Source: an uncultured delta proteobacterium (GTDB lineage: Bacteria; Desulfobacterota; Binatia; UBA9968). From it: a DNA stretch of 64,000 bases. The notes beneath the pieces were generated by a model that made no database searches, was not told the DNA's origin, and saw nothing but the letters and a program-made list of their open reading frames with translations. A program made the position numbers and the translations under genes. Numbering within the stretch: position 1 is the stretch's first letter; each line of letters starts with the position of its first letter. Location of the stretch: the NCBI GenBank assembly GCA_963804165.1, contig CAWDPO010000046.1:224001-288000 (forward strand), in the 5' to 3' direction. Shown here in pieces: positions 47,118 to 57,318 of the stretch.

Positions 47118-48074
47118 TTACGCCGTTTCCGGATTCGTTGAGATATATTTTCCCGCTTGCTGCGGGTCGATACCGTTGGCGCGTAGTTCAACCTGCGCCG
47201 CTTCTTCCTGAAGTTGAAAGGTGACGGTGTAGGCTGACTTGTCGCCCAGACCGCGGTTGACGGCGGCCACGAGATTCTGTTCGGCGATGTTGGCCAGTGG
47301 CAAGGGCACGTTCAGTTCCCGGCCGAGCGCCGTCGCCAGGCCGACGTCCTTGCGCAGTAATTTGAGGGGGAAAGTGTCCGTCGTATAATTATTACGAAAA
47401 ACCGTCTGCGGCACTTGCACGTGCAGCACATGCATCCGTCCCACCATCCCGCGCCGGACGCATTCCCACAGCGCTACGGTATCGACCCCGGCTTTCACGC
47501 CCAAGGTGAGTCCTTCGGCGATCGATTGGGATATGGTGCTGTTGATCATTTGATGGACGAGCTTGCAGACGCTCCCGGAACCGAGCGGCCCGGCATAGAG
47601 CACCTGGTCGCCGAACGCTTCGAGCACCGCCTGGGCGCGCTCGAAGATATTTTTCTCGCCGCCTACCATCACTTCATGAATACCACGTGCCGCGCCGGGT
47701 TGGCCCGAAGCCACCGGCGCATCGAGAACATGCGCGCCCTTTTGCCGAAACAGGGGTGCTAGTTTTCGAATAAGCGACGGCGGACTCGTTGAGATATCGA
47801 TGTAGATTGCGCCAGGTCGGATTCCTTCGACGATACCCGCCGCGCCGCAAGCGACTTGCTCCACATCGTTGGGCATCGGTAGTGCCGTGATGATCACGTC
47901 GCTCCGGCGCGCTAAGTCTGAGACGCTGTCGGCAACCTTCGCACCGAGGTCTTCAAACGGACGGGTGGCTTCCTCGCGTAGATCGAACACGATCATCGGG
48001 AAACCCGCTTTCTGGATGTGGCCGGCGACGGGTCCGCCCATGTTGCCAAGACCGATAAAACCGACTGTTTCCAT
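47118..48074 (-). CDS. NAD(P)-dependent oxidoreductase, 3-hydroxyisobutyrate dehydrogenase family
   Basis: GFIGLGNMG, LDAPVAS, CKLVHQ, LRKDVGLA. Confidence 0.88.
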   Translation of the reverse strand: METVGFIGLGNMGGPVAGHIQKAGFPMIVFDLREEATRPFEDLGAKVADSVSDLARRSDVIITALPMPNDVEQVACGAAGIVEGIRPGAIYIDISTSPPSLIRKLAPLFRQKGAHVLDAPVASGQPGAARGIHEVMVGGEKNIFERAQAVLEAFGDQVLYAGPLGSGSVCKLVHQMINSTISQSIAEGLTLGVKAGVDTVALWECVRRGMVGRMHVLHVQVPQTVFRNNYTTDTFPLKLLRKDVGLATALGRELNVPLPLANIAEQNLVAAVNRGLGDKSAYTVTFQLQEEAAQVELRANGIDPQQAGKYISTNPETA

Positions 48075-48327
48075 TTTAGCTCCCGCTTGCAGCAAATTCT
48101 TTTCCAGCTTATCGCAGAACGTCTATTCCGGTGTCAACGTTGGCACACGGGAATCTGCACCGGGGATACGCATGTTTGATTAGCTCACCACGTGCGGAGT
48201 TTCTCACACCCCGTGCATTCCGATCTTCTTCGAAGCACGCGTCCTCTGTTTCTCTGTTGCGTTGCCTGCCTTTTTCGTTTGCAGGGATTTTGATACAAGT
48301 CGTATTACCAGGCGAAAGGAGAATTCT

Positions 48328-49314
48328 ATGGGCCACATGATGAACGGCAGGTGGGTGGACGATGACCGCATCACGGCCGATGTACGCGGTGCATTTGTGC
48401 GTGCCGACTCGCAGTTCCGTAGCTGGGTTACGGATGATGGCAGCGCCGGACCTTCGGGCAGCGCCGGTTTCAAAGCCGAGCCTGGACGTTACCATCTTTT
48501 TGTTTCGTACAATTGCCCTTGGGCTCATCGGACGATCATCTTCCGCAAGCTTAAGAAACTAGAAAACGCGGTTTCGATGTCGCTGGCCGATAGGCCGAAA
48601 ACCGCGGGTTGGGCATATTCCGAGACGATCGACGACTTTCAACCGGAAAAAGACGGCGTCTTTCGTCTACATCAAGTTTACGCGGCCGCGGATGCCAACT
48701 ATGCGGGCAAAGTGACCGTACCGACGCTCTGGGACCGCGAGCGGCGCACGATCGTGAACAACGAGTCGTCTGAGATCATCCGTATGTTCAACTCCGGTTT
48801 TTGCGCGCATACGAATGTGACTTACGATTTCTATCCGGAAGAGCTGCGCGGCGAAATCGATCGGATCAACGATTTCGTTTATGGCCATTTCAACAACGGC
48901 GTGTACCGGGCAGGCTTTGCGCGCAGCCAGGAAGCGTACGACGAAGCGGTGAAGAAAGTTTTTGTTTGCTTGGATCAAATGGAACAGTGGCTCAATGACC
49001 GGCGCTATTTGGTCGGCGAGCGCATCACGGAAGCCGACTGGCGCGCCTTCCCGACCTTGCTGCGCTTTGATCCGGTTTATCATGGGCACTTCAAATGCAA
49101 CCTGCGCCGCGTGCAGGATTATCCAAATTTGCGAAACTACTTGCGCGAGCTGTACCAGTGGCCGGGGATCAGAGAGACGTTCGATCTGCAAAAAACCAAA
49201 TCAGGGTACTACAGCCAGCGCAACGTCAACCCGACGGGTATCGTGCCGATCGGACCCGACATGAGTCATCTTGAATTGCCGCATGATCGCGAGCGGCTTC
49301 GTGCGGCGGTCTGA
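48328..49314 (+). CDS. Glutathionyl-hydroquinone reductase (Xi-class GST, YqjG-like)
   Basis: CPWAHR, VTVPTLWD, NNESSEI, NNGVYRAGFA, HFKCN. Confidence 0.92.
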   Translation: MGHMMNGRWVDDDRITADVRGAFVRADSQFRSWVTDDGSAGPSGSAGFKAEPGRYHLFVSYNCPWAHRTIIFRKLKKLENAVSMSLADRPKTAGWAYSETIDDFQPEKDGVFRLHQVYAAADANYAGKVTVPTLWDRERRTIVNNESSEIIRMFNSGFCAHTNVTYDFYPEELRGEIDRINDFVYGHFNNGVYRAGFARSQEAYDEAVKKVFVCLDQMEQWLNDRRYLVGERITEADWRAFPTLLRFDPVYHGHFKCNLRRVQDYPNLRNYLRELYQWPGIRETFDLQKTKSGYYSQRNVNPTGIVPIGPDMSHLELPHDRERLRAAV

Positions 49315-49356
49315 ACGCGACCCGCGCAAATTTATCGTGCGATGGATTCGAATCCC

Positions 49357-49383
49357 AGGGCGACCGCCCTGGTCGCCCCTACG
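49357..49383 (-). repeat. GTAG-type REP element
   Basis: Minus strand GTAG-GGGCGACC-AGGGC-GGTCGCCC. Confidence 0.7.
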
Positions 49384-49412
49384 GGTTTTTTGCGCCCTCT
49401 GCGTTCTTTGTG

Positions 49413-49832
49413 CTAAATTCGATTAACGCTCTGGGGGCCGACTTTCTCGATGTTGACGCGAATGATCACGCGCTTTTCGTCGGCCATCTGCTTTTTGTAG
49501 TCTTCCCAGTTCTTGTGCTCGCCGCGCACCTGCTTGTACCAGTAAATTAACGTGTCCATCGCCGCGGGTTGCTCGATGATCTCCGTAGTGCCATGGATCT
49601 GCACGAACTTGGAGCCACTGTACTGCTCGCCGAAGATCAGCATTGACACCCGCGGGTCGCGGCGCAGGTGTTTGATCTTGTAGGTGGTGCCGCGCGAGGT
49701 GATGATCACCCGTCCTTCGGGGTCGATTCCGGGCGTGACGAAAGTCATCTGCGGCCAGCCATCTTTCTGGCGGACCGCGATACAGGCGCGGTGGTTCTCT
49801 CGCAGAAATTTTTGCGCGTCAGCAATTTCCAT
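49413..49832 (-). CDS. PPOX-class (split beta-barrel), probably F420-dependent oxidoreductase
   Basis: DGWPQ, KIKHLRRDPRVS, EKRVII. Confidence 0.8.
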   Translation of the reverse strand: MEIADAQKFLRENHRACIAVRQKDGWPQMTFVTPGIDPEGRVIITSRGTTYKIKHLRRDPRVSMLIFGEQYSGSKFVQIHGTTEIIEQPAAMDTLIYWYKQVRGEHKNWEDYKKQMADEKRVIIRVNIEKVGPQSVNRI

Positions 49833-49857
49833 TTTCCCCTCCTGATTGAATGAGCCG

Positions 49858-50097
49858 TCAGCCGTGACCGTTGGTGCCCCAGGTTCTTCCGTCGATCCAC
49901 ATTTTAGCGAGTTCAAGCACGTAGGCGTCGGCCTGTTTCCGGGTGTCAAACGTCGCGCGCCGTCGGCCGAAAATCGGAATCCTTTTGGTTTGCTTGTTTT
50001 CTACGATCACGATCGTGGCGCGGGCAAACCATTCGCCGGCGCGGACCTCTTCGGAATCGAGCTCGACGCTGTGATCACGGTAGGTCTTGGTTCGCAT
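49858..50097 (-). CDS. Small hypothetical protein (79 aa)
   Basis: YRDHSVEL...FDTRKQAD...AKMWID; protein-like composition, co-oriented with neighbours. Confidence 0.6.
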   Translation of the reverse strand: MRTKTYRDHSVELDSEEVRAGEWFARATIVIVENKQTKRIPIFGRRRATFDTRKQADAYVLELAKMWIDGRTWGTNGHG

Positions 50098-50169
50098 GCC
50101 GGTGGAAACAACCTGAATTCGAATATCCGAGCGCGGCAGTGGACCGCAGTTTTTATCCGTCAATTTGTT

Positions 50170-50228
50170 GTGGGGCGACCCTATGTAGTCGCCCGTTCGG
50201 AAGGGCAGACACATAGGTCTGCCCCTAC
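50170..50228. repeat. Inverted pair of GTAG-type REP elements (REPIN/BIME-like)
   Basis: GTGGGGCGAC-CCTATGTA-GTCGCCC and GGGCAGAC-ACATAG-GTCTGCCC-CTAC in opposite orientation. Confidence 0.7.
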
Positions 50229-50234
50229 GATAGA

Positions 50235-51065
50235 TTAAATACTGACCTTTCCGCCGTTTAATTTGATGCCCAATTTCGCAAGCGCTTCGACTACGGGAAT
50301 GTCGGCGCCGAGACTCTTGCCCACCTCGGCGGCCAGCGGTAGGTCTTTGTCATAGAGATTGGTGCCGGGATTGAACTTCAGTTCATCGTCGGAAAGATCG
50401 TAGCGCATGTCCCAGCGATCCAAGATATGTTGCGACTTGGTTTTTTGCATCAAATCGAGCGCGGCTTTGTAACTCACTCCGCCGGCCTTGGCAATTTGCA
50501 GGGCCTCGTAGACGACCAGCGCTTCGGACGCGGTGACCATGTTTTTGAAAAGCTTGGTGACGTTGCCGCAGCCAAGCGGTCCCATATGAACCGCGTCCTT
50601 GGCCATATTGAGCAGATGCGGTTTGGCGCGCTCGAAGAAAGCTTTTTGTCCGCCAACAAGAAAGGTCAGCCCGCCCTGGCGCACCGCGCTCGGGATCGCC
50701 GTCATGCAGGCGTCGATTACGTTCACCCGCTTATCAGCCGCTAGTTCGGCAACTTTCTTTGTCGTCGCCGGCCGGATCGTGCTGTGCAGCAGCACGAGGG
50801 AGCCCGGCGCTGCGCCTTCCAACACGCCGTCGTTGCCGAGCATGCATTGGAGCACTTCCTGGTCGGTGCGCACGACCACGTCGATGATCGTCGAATTCTG
50901 CGCCACTGTTTTCGCCGACGACACCGTCTCGGCGCCTTCTTTGCGCGCGGCCTCCATGGCAACGGGCGCGATGTCGAAGGCGATCGCGTTGCCGCCGGCC
51001 AATTTCAAACGCGAGAGCAATGCGCTGCCCATGGCGCCCGTCCCGACAAAGCCGATTTTTTCCAT
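50235..51065 (-). CDS. NAD(P)-dependent oxidoreductase, 3-hydroxyisobutyrate dehydrogenase family
   Basis: GFVGTGAMG, HSTIRP, TKLFKN, DKDL. Confidence 0.85.
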   Translation of the reverse strand: MEKIGFVGTGAMGSALLSRLKLAGGNAIAFDIAPVAMEAARKEGAETVSSAKTVAQNSTIIDVVVRTDQEVLQCMLGNDGVLEGAAPGSLVLLHSTIRPATTKKVAELAADKRVNVIDACMTAIPSAVRQGGLTFLVGGQKAFFERAKPHLLNMAKDAVHMGPLGCGNVTKLFKNMVTASEALVVYEALQIAKAGGVSYKAALDLMQKTKSQHILDRWDMRYDLSDDELKFNPGTNLYDKDLPLAAEVGKSLGADIPVVEALAKLGIKLNGGKVSI

Positions 51066-51076
51066 GTAATTCTCCT

Positions 51077-52087
51077 TTAGTTGGTGCCCTTTAGGTTCGG
51101 CATGACGTGCGTGCTGAACAATTGCACCGAGCGCAACGACTCGGCGAGCGACAGATCGCCGAAGCCGAGTTGTCCGACCAAATAGTTCGCCGCCGATACG
51201 TCGAGCTCGGCCTGAAGAAATTTCGTGACTGTGTCCGGATTGCCGGCCACCGCCTGGCCACGTTCCATCATCATTTCGAACTCGGCCGGGCGCGGGTGCG
51301 CCGGATTACCGCCCTTCAAGGAATACAAATAATAAAAATGTTTGTGCCACACCGGATAGGCGCGGCAGGCTGCGGCAAGAGCTTCGTTTGCTTTTTCGGC
51401 GATGACAACAAAACGGCTCAATCCGAGCTTCGGCGTCGGCTGATCGCCGTGCAATTCCCGCCAGACTTGGCGATAGCGATCGTTGTAGCTGCGCGTGTCC
51501 TTGGCCGAGTCGAGGCTCACCATGTTGAGGCCTTGCTTCGCCGCGCGCTCAGCGGATTCCACCGAGTGCACGCCGTACCACATCGGCGGGTGGGGTTTTT
51601 GCAGCGGCTCCAGCTCCATCGGGATGTCTTTGAAGGAAAAATACTTTCCCTCGAACGTGAGCTTCTTTTGCGTCAAGCCGCGCAGGATCAGCTCCCGCGC
51701 TTCGGTGTAAATGTCTTGTGCCTTTGCCGGATCTTGGCCGTAAAATGAGATTTCCGTGTTCGACGAGCCGCGGCCAAAACCGATCTCAAGCCGCCCGCCG
51801 CTCAATTGATCGACCATGCAGATCTCTTCGATCAGCCTTAACGGATGGTGCAACGGGAGAGCATAAACCATCGGTCCGAAACGCAGCGTTTTCGTGCGCT
51901 GCGCGATGGCGGTAAGAAATATGCTCGGTGACGGCGCCATGCCGATCGGCGTCGAGTGATGCTCCGCGACATGGTAGGCGTAAAAGCCCGCTCGCTCGTA
52001 AGCTTCGATCAGCTTGAGCCGTGCCTCGTAAAACTCATTGAGTGGAAGATCGTTCCGATCCAGATGGTCGAAGATGCCATATTCCAT
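51077..52087 (-). CDS. LLM class (luciferase-like) flavin-dependent oxidoreductase
   Basis: AEHH, HPLRLIEE, GRLEIGFGRG, QKPHPP. Confidence 0.9.
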   Translation of the reverse strand: MEYGIFDHLDRNDLPLNEFYEARLKLIEAYERAGFYAYHVAEHHSTPIGMAPSPSIFLTAIAQRTKTLRFGPMVYALPLHHPLRLIEEICMVDQLSGGRLEIGFGRGSSNTEISFYGQDPAKAQDIYTEARELILRGLTQKKLTFEGKYFSFKDIPMELEPLQKPHPPMWYGVHSVESAERAAKQGLNMVSLDSAKDTRSYNDRYRQVWRELHGDQPTPKLGLSRFVVIAEKANEALAAACRAYPVWHKHFYYLYSLKGGNPAHPRPAEFEMMMERGQAVAGNPDTVTKFLQAELDVSAANYLVGQLGFGDLSLAESLRSVQLFSTHVMPNLKGTN

Positions 52088-52316
52088 ATCACGCCGGATA
52101 TATCGTGAATCGCGAGCAAATCAAAGGCTATAGGGACAGATAAATCGATCCGGGGGCAGCAGAGTGCATCTTCGCGCTCTGATCGGATGGGACCGAGCCG
52201 CTTCAATCGCTCTGGCAAGCGTCGATATCGGCCGGTCAACCGTGGGCAATAAACCGACAAAGGTCAGCGCGATTCGTCTCAACCGCTGAACTATTGGGCC
52301 GATCGCGCCGTGGATT

Positions 52317-52360
52317 CCTAAACGACTGGAACGGCTCGAACGTTTGGAACGATTTGAACG
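52317..52360 (-). repeat. 9-bp tandem repeat cluster, copy 2 (reverse orientation)
   Basis: CCTAAACGA CTGGAACGG CTCGAACGT TTGGAACGA TTTGAACG. Confidence 0.7.
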
Positions 52361-52376
52361 CTCCCCGTGCAATCCC

Positions 52377-53444
52377 TCAATGCGCCGCGCTCGCCCGCTG
52401 CTTGGTCTCCAGGCTCAGTCCGACGATGAACGCCGGGTTCACTGTGCACATCGTGTAGATCTCGTCTTCCGTGCAACCAAACGCCGCCATGTAGCCGCGC
52501 AAGAGTCTGAGCGACTCGACTGAATTGGGAAACAGCGGCTCGCCCGCGTCCGACGACAGCGTGCAGTGCTCGGGCCCCACCGTGCGTATGGCCTTGTACA
52601 TGTTGGCCGGGTCGATGCCTAAGAGCGGCGATAACTCATCGAAGGTGAAATTGAGCCATAGGCCGGCGCTGGCTGCTTCCTTCATTTCCTCGATGGTCAA
52701 ATTGACAAAGGGGCTGAAGGGATGATCGACGACTCCTTTCTTGAAGCCGATCTTGTGGCTGAACTCCGCCATGGCCTTGAACTCCGGCTTGGTCGGATGG
52801 CCGAAAAAGATCGCTGCGTTGTGATCATGGGCCAGGCGGAAGATCTCTTCGATCTCAGGTAACAATCGGCCCTTGTCGTCGAGCAGGTAGTGGCCGTATT
52901 TGAGCGAGTCGGCCCAGGACAGCGGTTCGGTATGGGCATTGGGATCGGCGCTCTTGTCCCAGGCGCTGGGCTTGCCGCCGACAATGGAGAGGGTGTTGGC
53001 CGAGGTGTTGTTGGGCATCCACAGACCCACGACTCCGGCTTTCAAGTTCTTGTCACACCAGGCTGGCTCGATCTTCGAGAGAAAACCTTGCGTGACCGAA
53101 GCGCCGGGCCAGAGGTGTGCAGGTATCAAACCCTGCTCCGCACACCAAGATTCCAGCGCTCTGCGCACGCCGTCGACCGTCCCCGCCGGATCCTTCCGTC
53201 CGACGATTGTTTTGTAGAGTATGCCTTTCATGCCGCTCTTCGAGGCGAGCTTGGCGACGCCGAGAGCGTCTTGCTGTCCCTCGTGCGCGTGGCAATGAAT
53301 GTCGATCGCGTCCTCGACTCCGATCACGTGATCGAGCGAAGGATCGACGGGCCCCTGCTTGAAGCCGCGGCGAGCGGGATACGATGTTACTGAACGAACG
53401 GAGCTCGGCGTGGAATAGTTTGGATTTGTCTCGGCCATGGTCAA
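52377..53444 (-). CDS. Metal-dependent hydrolase-like protein (DUF6282-like)
   Basis: IDIHCH, LWMP, GH, DHP, LSSDAG, NPA. Confidence 0.7.
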   Translation of the reverse strand: MTMAETNPNYSTPSSVRSVTSYPARRGFKQGPVDPSLDHVIGVEDAIDIHCHAHEGQQDALGVAKLASKSGMKGILYKTIVGRKDPAGTVDGVRRALESWCAEQGLIPAHLWPGASVTQGFLSKIEPAWCDKNLKAGVVGLWMPNNTSANTLSIVGGKPSAWDKSADPNAHTEPLSWADSLKYGHYLLDDKGRLLPEIEEIFRLAHDHNAAIFFGHPTKPEFKAMAEFSHKIGFKKGVVDHPFSPFVNLTIEEMKEAASAGLWLNFTFDELSPLLGIDPANMYKAIRTVGPEHCTLSSDAGEPLFPNSVESLRLLRGYMAAFGCTEDEIYTMCTVNPAFIVGLSLETKQRASAAH

Positions 53445-53522
53445 TCCCTCCCTGTTATCGATTTGATTGGACAGTATCGCTTCGCGGCGCGCCAGGCAAT
53501 CGTTTTCTGTCAGCCGAAAGAC

Positions 53523-53562
53523 CGTTCTAATCGTTCCAGCCGTTCAAATGTTCAAATCGTTT
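53523..53562 (+). repeat. 9-bp tandem repeat cluster, copy 3
   Basis: CGTTCTAAT CGTTCCAGC CGTTCAAAT GTTCAAAT CGTTT. Confidence 0.7.
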
Positions 53563-53599
53563 TGCTCATTGCGGCATACCAATGGCGCTCGCGTGTGCG

Positions 53600-54499
53600 T
53601 TATTGCTGTTTAAATCCATGCAGCCGCGCGGGGTTGTCGACCAGGATCTTGTGCAGCAGATTCGCATCGCCGTCGACGTAGCGGTAAAGAAGCTCGACCT
53701 CCTCCGCGTCGTTCATCATCCGCTTTGTCCACTGCGGATGGGGCCAGTCGGTGCCCCAGATGATGCGGTCGGGCGCTGCCTCAATGAATGCCTTGCCATA
53801 GGGAATCGCGTCGTCCCATCCCTCATCCATTTTCGAATCGCGATTGCCGTTGGACACCATCATCCACCAATTCGCCTGCTTCAGCATGTCGAGCACCCAA
53901 CGGATTACCGGCCGGTCGAGCCCGCCCTCGAACCCGACGTGGCCGAAATGGTCGATCACCATCGGCACGTCCTTGAGGGAACGCAACAAATCCGAATTGT
54001 TGAGAAGGTCCTGCCCGTTCACGTGCAGCCGCGCGTGCCAGCCGAGCTCGCGCAGCCGCGCCATCGATCGCCGTACTTCCGCTTCGCGCTGATCGAGGGT
54101 AAGAAAGCGCACGAAATTGAAGCGCGCGCCGCGCACGCCGGCCGCGTGCATGCGCTCGAGCTCCTTGTCCGAAACCCGGTCATCGACGATGCCGATGCCG
54201 CGGTAGCGGTCGCGATCATCCAAGCTCTCGAGAGCGTGGAGCAGCAGGCGGTGATCGCTGCCGTAGATCGCGCTATGGACGATGACGCCACGATCGAAGC
54301 CGATCGTTTTGTGCATCCTCTGCGCTTCGTTAAACGTTGCGCTTGTGATCGGCGGGTATGGCGGATCGGACCGCGGCGGAAACTTTGCTGGATCTTCGTA
54401 GATGTGAAACTGGCAATCGCAGCTTCCCGCCGGCGGCGCGGGCACCGGCATGCGAGGTTGTCTATCCCACTCGTAAATTTTCTCTCCGACTGTTGCCAT
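53600..54499 (-). CDS. Amidohydrolase, 2-pyrone-4,6-dicarboxylate lactonase (LigI)-like
   Basis: CDCQFH, YGSDH, GVRGARFN, IDHFG, WGTDWPH. Confidence 0.8.
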   Translation of the reverse strand: MATVGEKIYEWDRQPRMPVPAPPAGSCDCQFHIYEDPAKFPPRSDPPYPPITSATFNEAQRMHKTIGFDRGVIVHSAIYGSDHRLLLHALESLDDRDRYRGIGIVDDRVSDKELERMHAAGVRGARFNFVRFLTLDQREAEVRRSMARLRELGWHARLHVNGQDLLNNSDLLRSLKDVPMVIDHFGHVGFEGGLDRPVIRWVLDMLKQANWWMMVSNGNRDSKMDEGWDDAIPYGKAFIEAAPDRIIWGTDWPHPQWTKRMMNDAEEVELLYRYVDGDANLLHKILVDNPARLHGFKQQ

Positions 54500-54741
54500 T
54501 ATTACTCTCCCATGTTTCTCAGTTTTGACCTTGAACTAGCCTGTCAGCGCTATCGCTATCCGTGATCGTCTACTTCAAAACCTTATAAAAACGAATCCGT
54601 TTTCCAGTCAATGGGATCGTAGGCAAAGGAGAGAGAATGTCGGACGTTGTTGACTAAAGAGAATTATTTTTTTCTGACAAGGCACAAAGATAGTCAAGCT
54701 TTACCGTGCACGGACGCGGGCCGGCGGTTCCACGTACTGGT

Positions 54742-55806
54742 CTATCGCGCCGGAAGCGGCGCGGGACCCGAGAGAGTTTTGAACATTTCTATCAATTCGG
54801 CGTCACGTGGGGTGTCGCGAATGGCCTTGGTCAATTCCTCCGGCATCAAAGGATCGGCGTCTTCGCCGACGAGTTTTCGGTATTCACGATGGAAATCTGA
54901 ATCTTTCAGAGTCTTGCGCATAGCCTCCTGAATGACCTCCACCCGATCTTTAGGTGTTCCCGGAGGCAAAACATAGGGCGAGCCTGTCAGTCTGAAAATT
55001 CGCGAGATGGTGAGGAGCTTGATCTCTTTTTCAGACTTAGCGAAGCTCTCGATCTCAGGGAGGTGGCCGAAGCGGGGATGCTTGAGTCCCTTGGGAACCT
55101 CCAAAATGGCGTGGAAATCCATCAGACCTTTTTCCACCCAATCGGGATTGCGCTGCCAGACCGATGTCGCCGTGTTCGCTCTGGCATCGACTTCCCCGCG
55201 CAGCAGGGCAACGTCCAGTTCGGGAGCCGCGTAGCCCGGGATAAACTTCGTATCTTTTAAACCCAGAAAGTAGGCAAAAAAACGAGATGCGATATAGGCG
55301 CTGTGTCCTACCGGCCGGGCGCCGACTTTGACCCCGGACGCCGCTCGGAGCTTTTCCAGATTGCTCAGGCCCGCTTCCTTTCGGGTGTAGAACACCAGGT
55401 GGCTGGTGCTTTCCGGTGAACCAAGGTAGAAAAATTTATCGATGTCGTACATCACTCCGCTCTCGCGCAGAATATTCAGTGAAACTACCGCGCTGCTGAA
55501 TGCTCCGATCGTGAGCCCGTCCGGACGAGCGTTGCGGTACATATGATTGCCGACCTGTCGGCCGCCGCCGCCGTCCATGTACTCGACCACGATGGCCGGA
55601 CTTCCCGGGATGTACTTGCGCAGAAAGGGGACCATAGACTTAACGCGCGCATCGCCGATTCCTCCCGGCGCGGTGCCGGCGATGACCGTTATGGTCTTTC
55701 CCTGGTAAAACGGCACTTGCGGAAAACCATGATCGGGTGAAAGACCAGCGAACACGAGTAGCGCGCCGAAAGCGGTTATTTTAAAGGCTACTCTATGAGT
55801 ATTCAT
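54742..55806 (-). CDS. Bug/TctC tripartite tricarboxylate transporter substrate-binding protein
   Basis: FYQGKTI, APGG, PDGLTI, RGEVD, PPGTPKDRV. Confidence 0.88.
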   Translation of the reverse strand: MNTHRVAFKITAFGALLVFAGLSPDHGFPQVPFYQGKTITVIAGTAPGGIGDARVKSMVPFLRKYIPGSPAIVVEYMDGGGGRQVGNHMYRNARPDGLTIGAFSSAVVSLNILRESGVMYDIDKFFYLGSPESTSHLVFYTRKEAGLSNLEKLRAASGVKVGARPVGHSAYIASRFFAYFLGLKDTKFIPGYAAPELDVALLRGEVDARANTATSVWQRNPDWVEKGLMDFHAILEVPKGLKHPRFGHLPEIESFAKSEKEIKLLTISRIFRLTGSPYVLPPGTPKDRVEVIQEAMRKTLKDSDFHREYRKLVGEDADPLMPEELTKAIRDTPRDAELIEMFKTLSGPAPLPAR

Positions 55807-56068
55807 TAAAGGCCTCCCTATGCTTTTGTCGCTGTTATCTCGCAAACGGTGACCCTGCAGTGGAGAGTTTGTTGATTCAAATCAACGGCCTCCCATCGCG
55901 GGCAGCTTCCTAACGCGACCTAACATGCAGCGAGCAATTTTCTCCCGTTGATAGTTTGTCGTCGACGGTACTGAATGGGAGCGGCCGATGCAAATGAGCA
56001 CCCGCTGTGCCGCTCCCTCTTGAAGTGCGGTTTATCGCGAGCGAAACAAGAATCGGCGTGACATTTTT

Positions 56069-57046
56069 CTACCTGTAGTGGGATTTCGTGATAGGCCGAC
56101 TGTGAATTCCTCTGATTATTCCCGGGATCTCCAGCCCATGAATCATTATGGCATAAAAGATCAACGCAGGAACCTGATACCATCGAATTCCATAGTCGCG
56201 GTAAAAGAGAAGGCTCTTCCACCAGCTCTGCAATAAGCTTCCGCCAAAGATCAGCGGAACGGAAAGATAGCCAAGACGTCCAAGGACGGCAAACGGCACG
56301 TTGGAGTCTAGCTTGCGGGTGACTATCCGTGCGTAGCCTTTGTGGCGTCGAATGTCCCGCTCCATGTGCCAACCATAGTAGGCGTGGGTGACGCGCGCCC
56401 GAGGCTCGAAAAAGAGCCGGCCGCCGTCGCGCATGATCGCTTCGGCATGCATTCGCGAAGCGAACGGTCCTGCGTTCAAGGGCAGTGGATGCGCGAGCAA
56501 TACGGACCGACGAAACGCGGCGTTGTTATTGGAGATGGTTTCAGTATGGGCAGATCTAAAGCGGTCTACGTAGGCACGTTCGAGAAGAGCGGAGCAACGC
56601 TCGATCAGATTTCGGCCTTCATACATTGTTCTTCCGCTAACGACCGCAGGTTGAGATGGCAATCGCATCGTCTGGACCATGTGACGAAGCCAGTCCGGCG
56701 CCGGCGCACAGTCTGCGTCGAGCAAAATTACGAAATCGGCCCGAGCTACACTGGCGGCCTCACTTTTTAGGGCATACTGCAATTCTTGTAGAGAAAGGAT
56801 GATTTTCAGCCGGGGTAGAATTTGGCTTAGATCCGGCGGAATGTGATCTTTGTGTTTCACATTTTCAAGAAAGATAAACTCTGCGGGCTCGGCAAAGTCC
56901 TGTGCCGCAAGCCTTCGGAGAGTAGCCCTCAAGTCATTCCATGCTAGGGATGATCCCACTTTGTAGTCGGAGATGACGACAACGCTGGCGACTGGTTTTA
57001 CTGTGGGGTCCATGTTTTTCCCGGCCCATTCTTTAGTAGCGTCCAT
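56069..57046 (-). CDS. Glycosyltransferase family 2
   Basis: ASVVV, LDADC DxD motif, NNAAFRR, FFEPRARVTH. Confidence 0.8.
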   Translation of the reverse strand: MDATKEWAGKNMDPTVKPVASVVVISDYKVGSSLAWNDLRATLRRLAAQDFAEPAEFIFLENVKHKDHIPPDLSQILPRLKIILSLQELQYALKSEAASVARADFVILLDADCAPAPDWLRHMVQTMRLPSQPAVVSGRTMYEGRNLIERCSALLERAYVDRFRSAHTETISNNNAAFRRSVLLAHPLPLNAGPFASRMHAEAIMRDGGRLFFEPRARVTHAYYGWHMERDIRRHKGYARIVTRKLDSNVPFAVLGRLGYLSVPLIFGGSLLQSWWKSLLFYRDYGIRWYQVPALIFYAIMIHGLEIPGIIRGIHSRPITKSHYR

Positions 57047-57252
57047 TATGCACCCCGAGAGCCTAACGTACGCGAACTATACTAGCCTTGTAAGTCTTTG
57101 TCACCTATCCGCTCTATTCCTCCACGGCCCATTTCCGAAGTGCGGGAATCGTCCGCTAGTTCAATTCGTAATAGCGCGGGAACGGAATAAAGGGGTTGTG
57201 AGTCTTTAATGTCTCCCTCTGGGAGGGTTGAATCCTTCGCCCTCAGGCGAAG

Positions 57253-57318
57253 TGAAAGTTTGTCATGCGGGGGAACGCCGACGATAAAGAAAGTCGGATG
57301 CGAATAGTTCTTTCTCAT
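57253..57318 (-). pseudogene. Possible N-terminal remnant of a sulfotransferase
   Basis: MRKNYSHPTFFIVGVP resembles the PxFFIVGAPK PAPS-binding start; similarity is lost where a palindromic repeat begins. Confidence 0.3.

Noticed and set aside
52317-52360. CRISPR array
   Set aside because: Units are 9 bp, abutting, with no spacers; no cas genes in the window.
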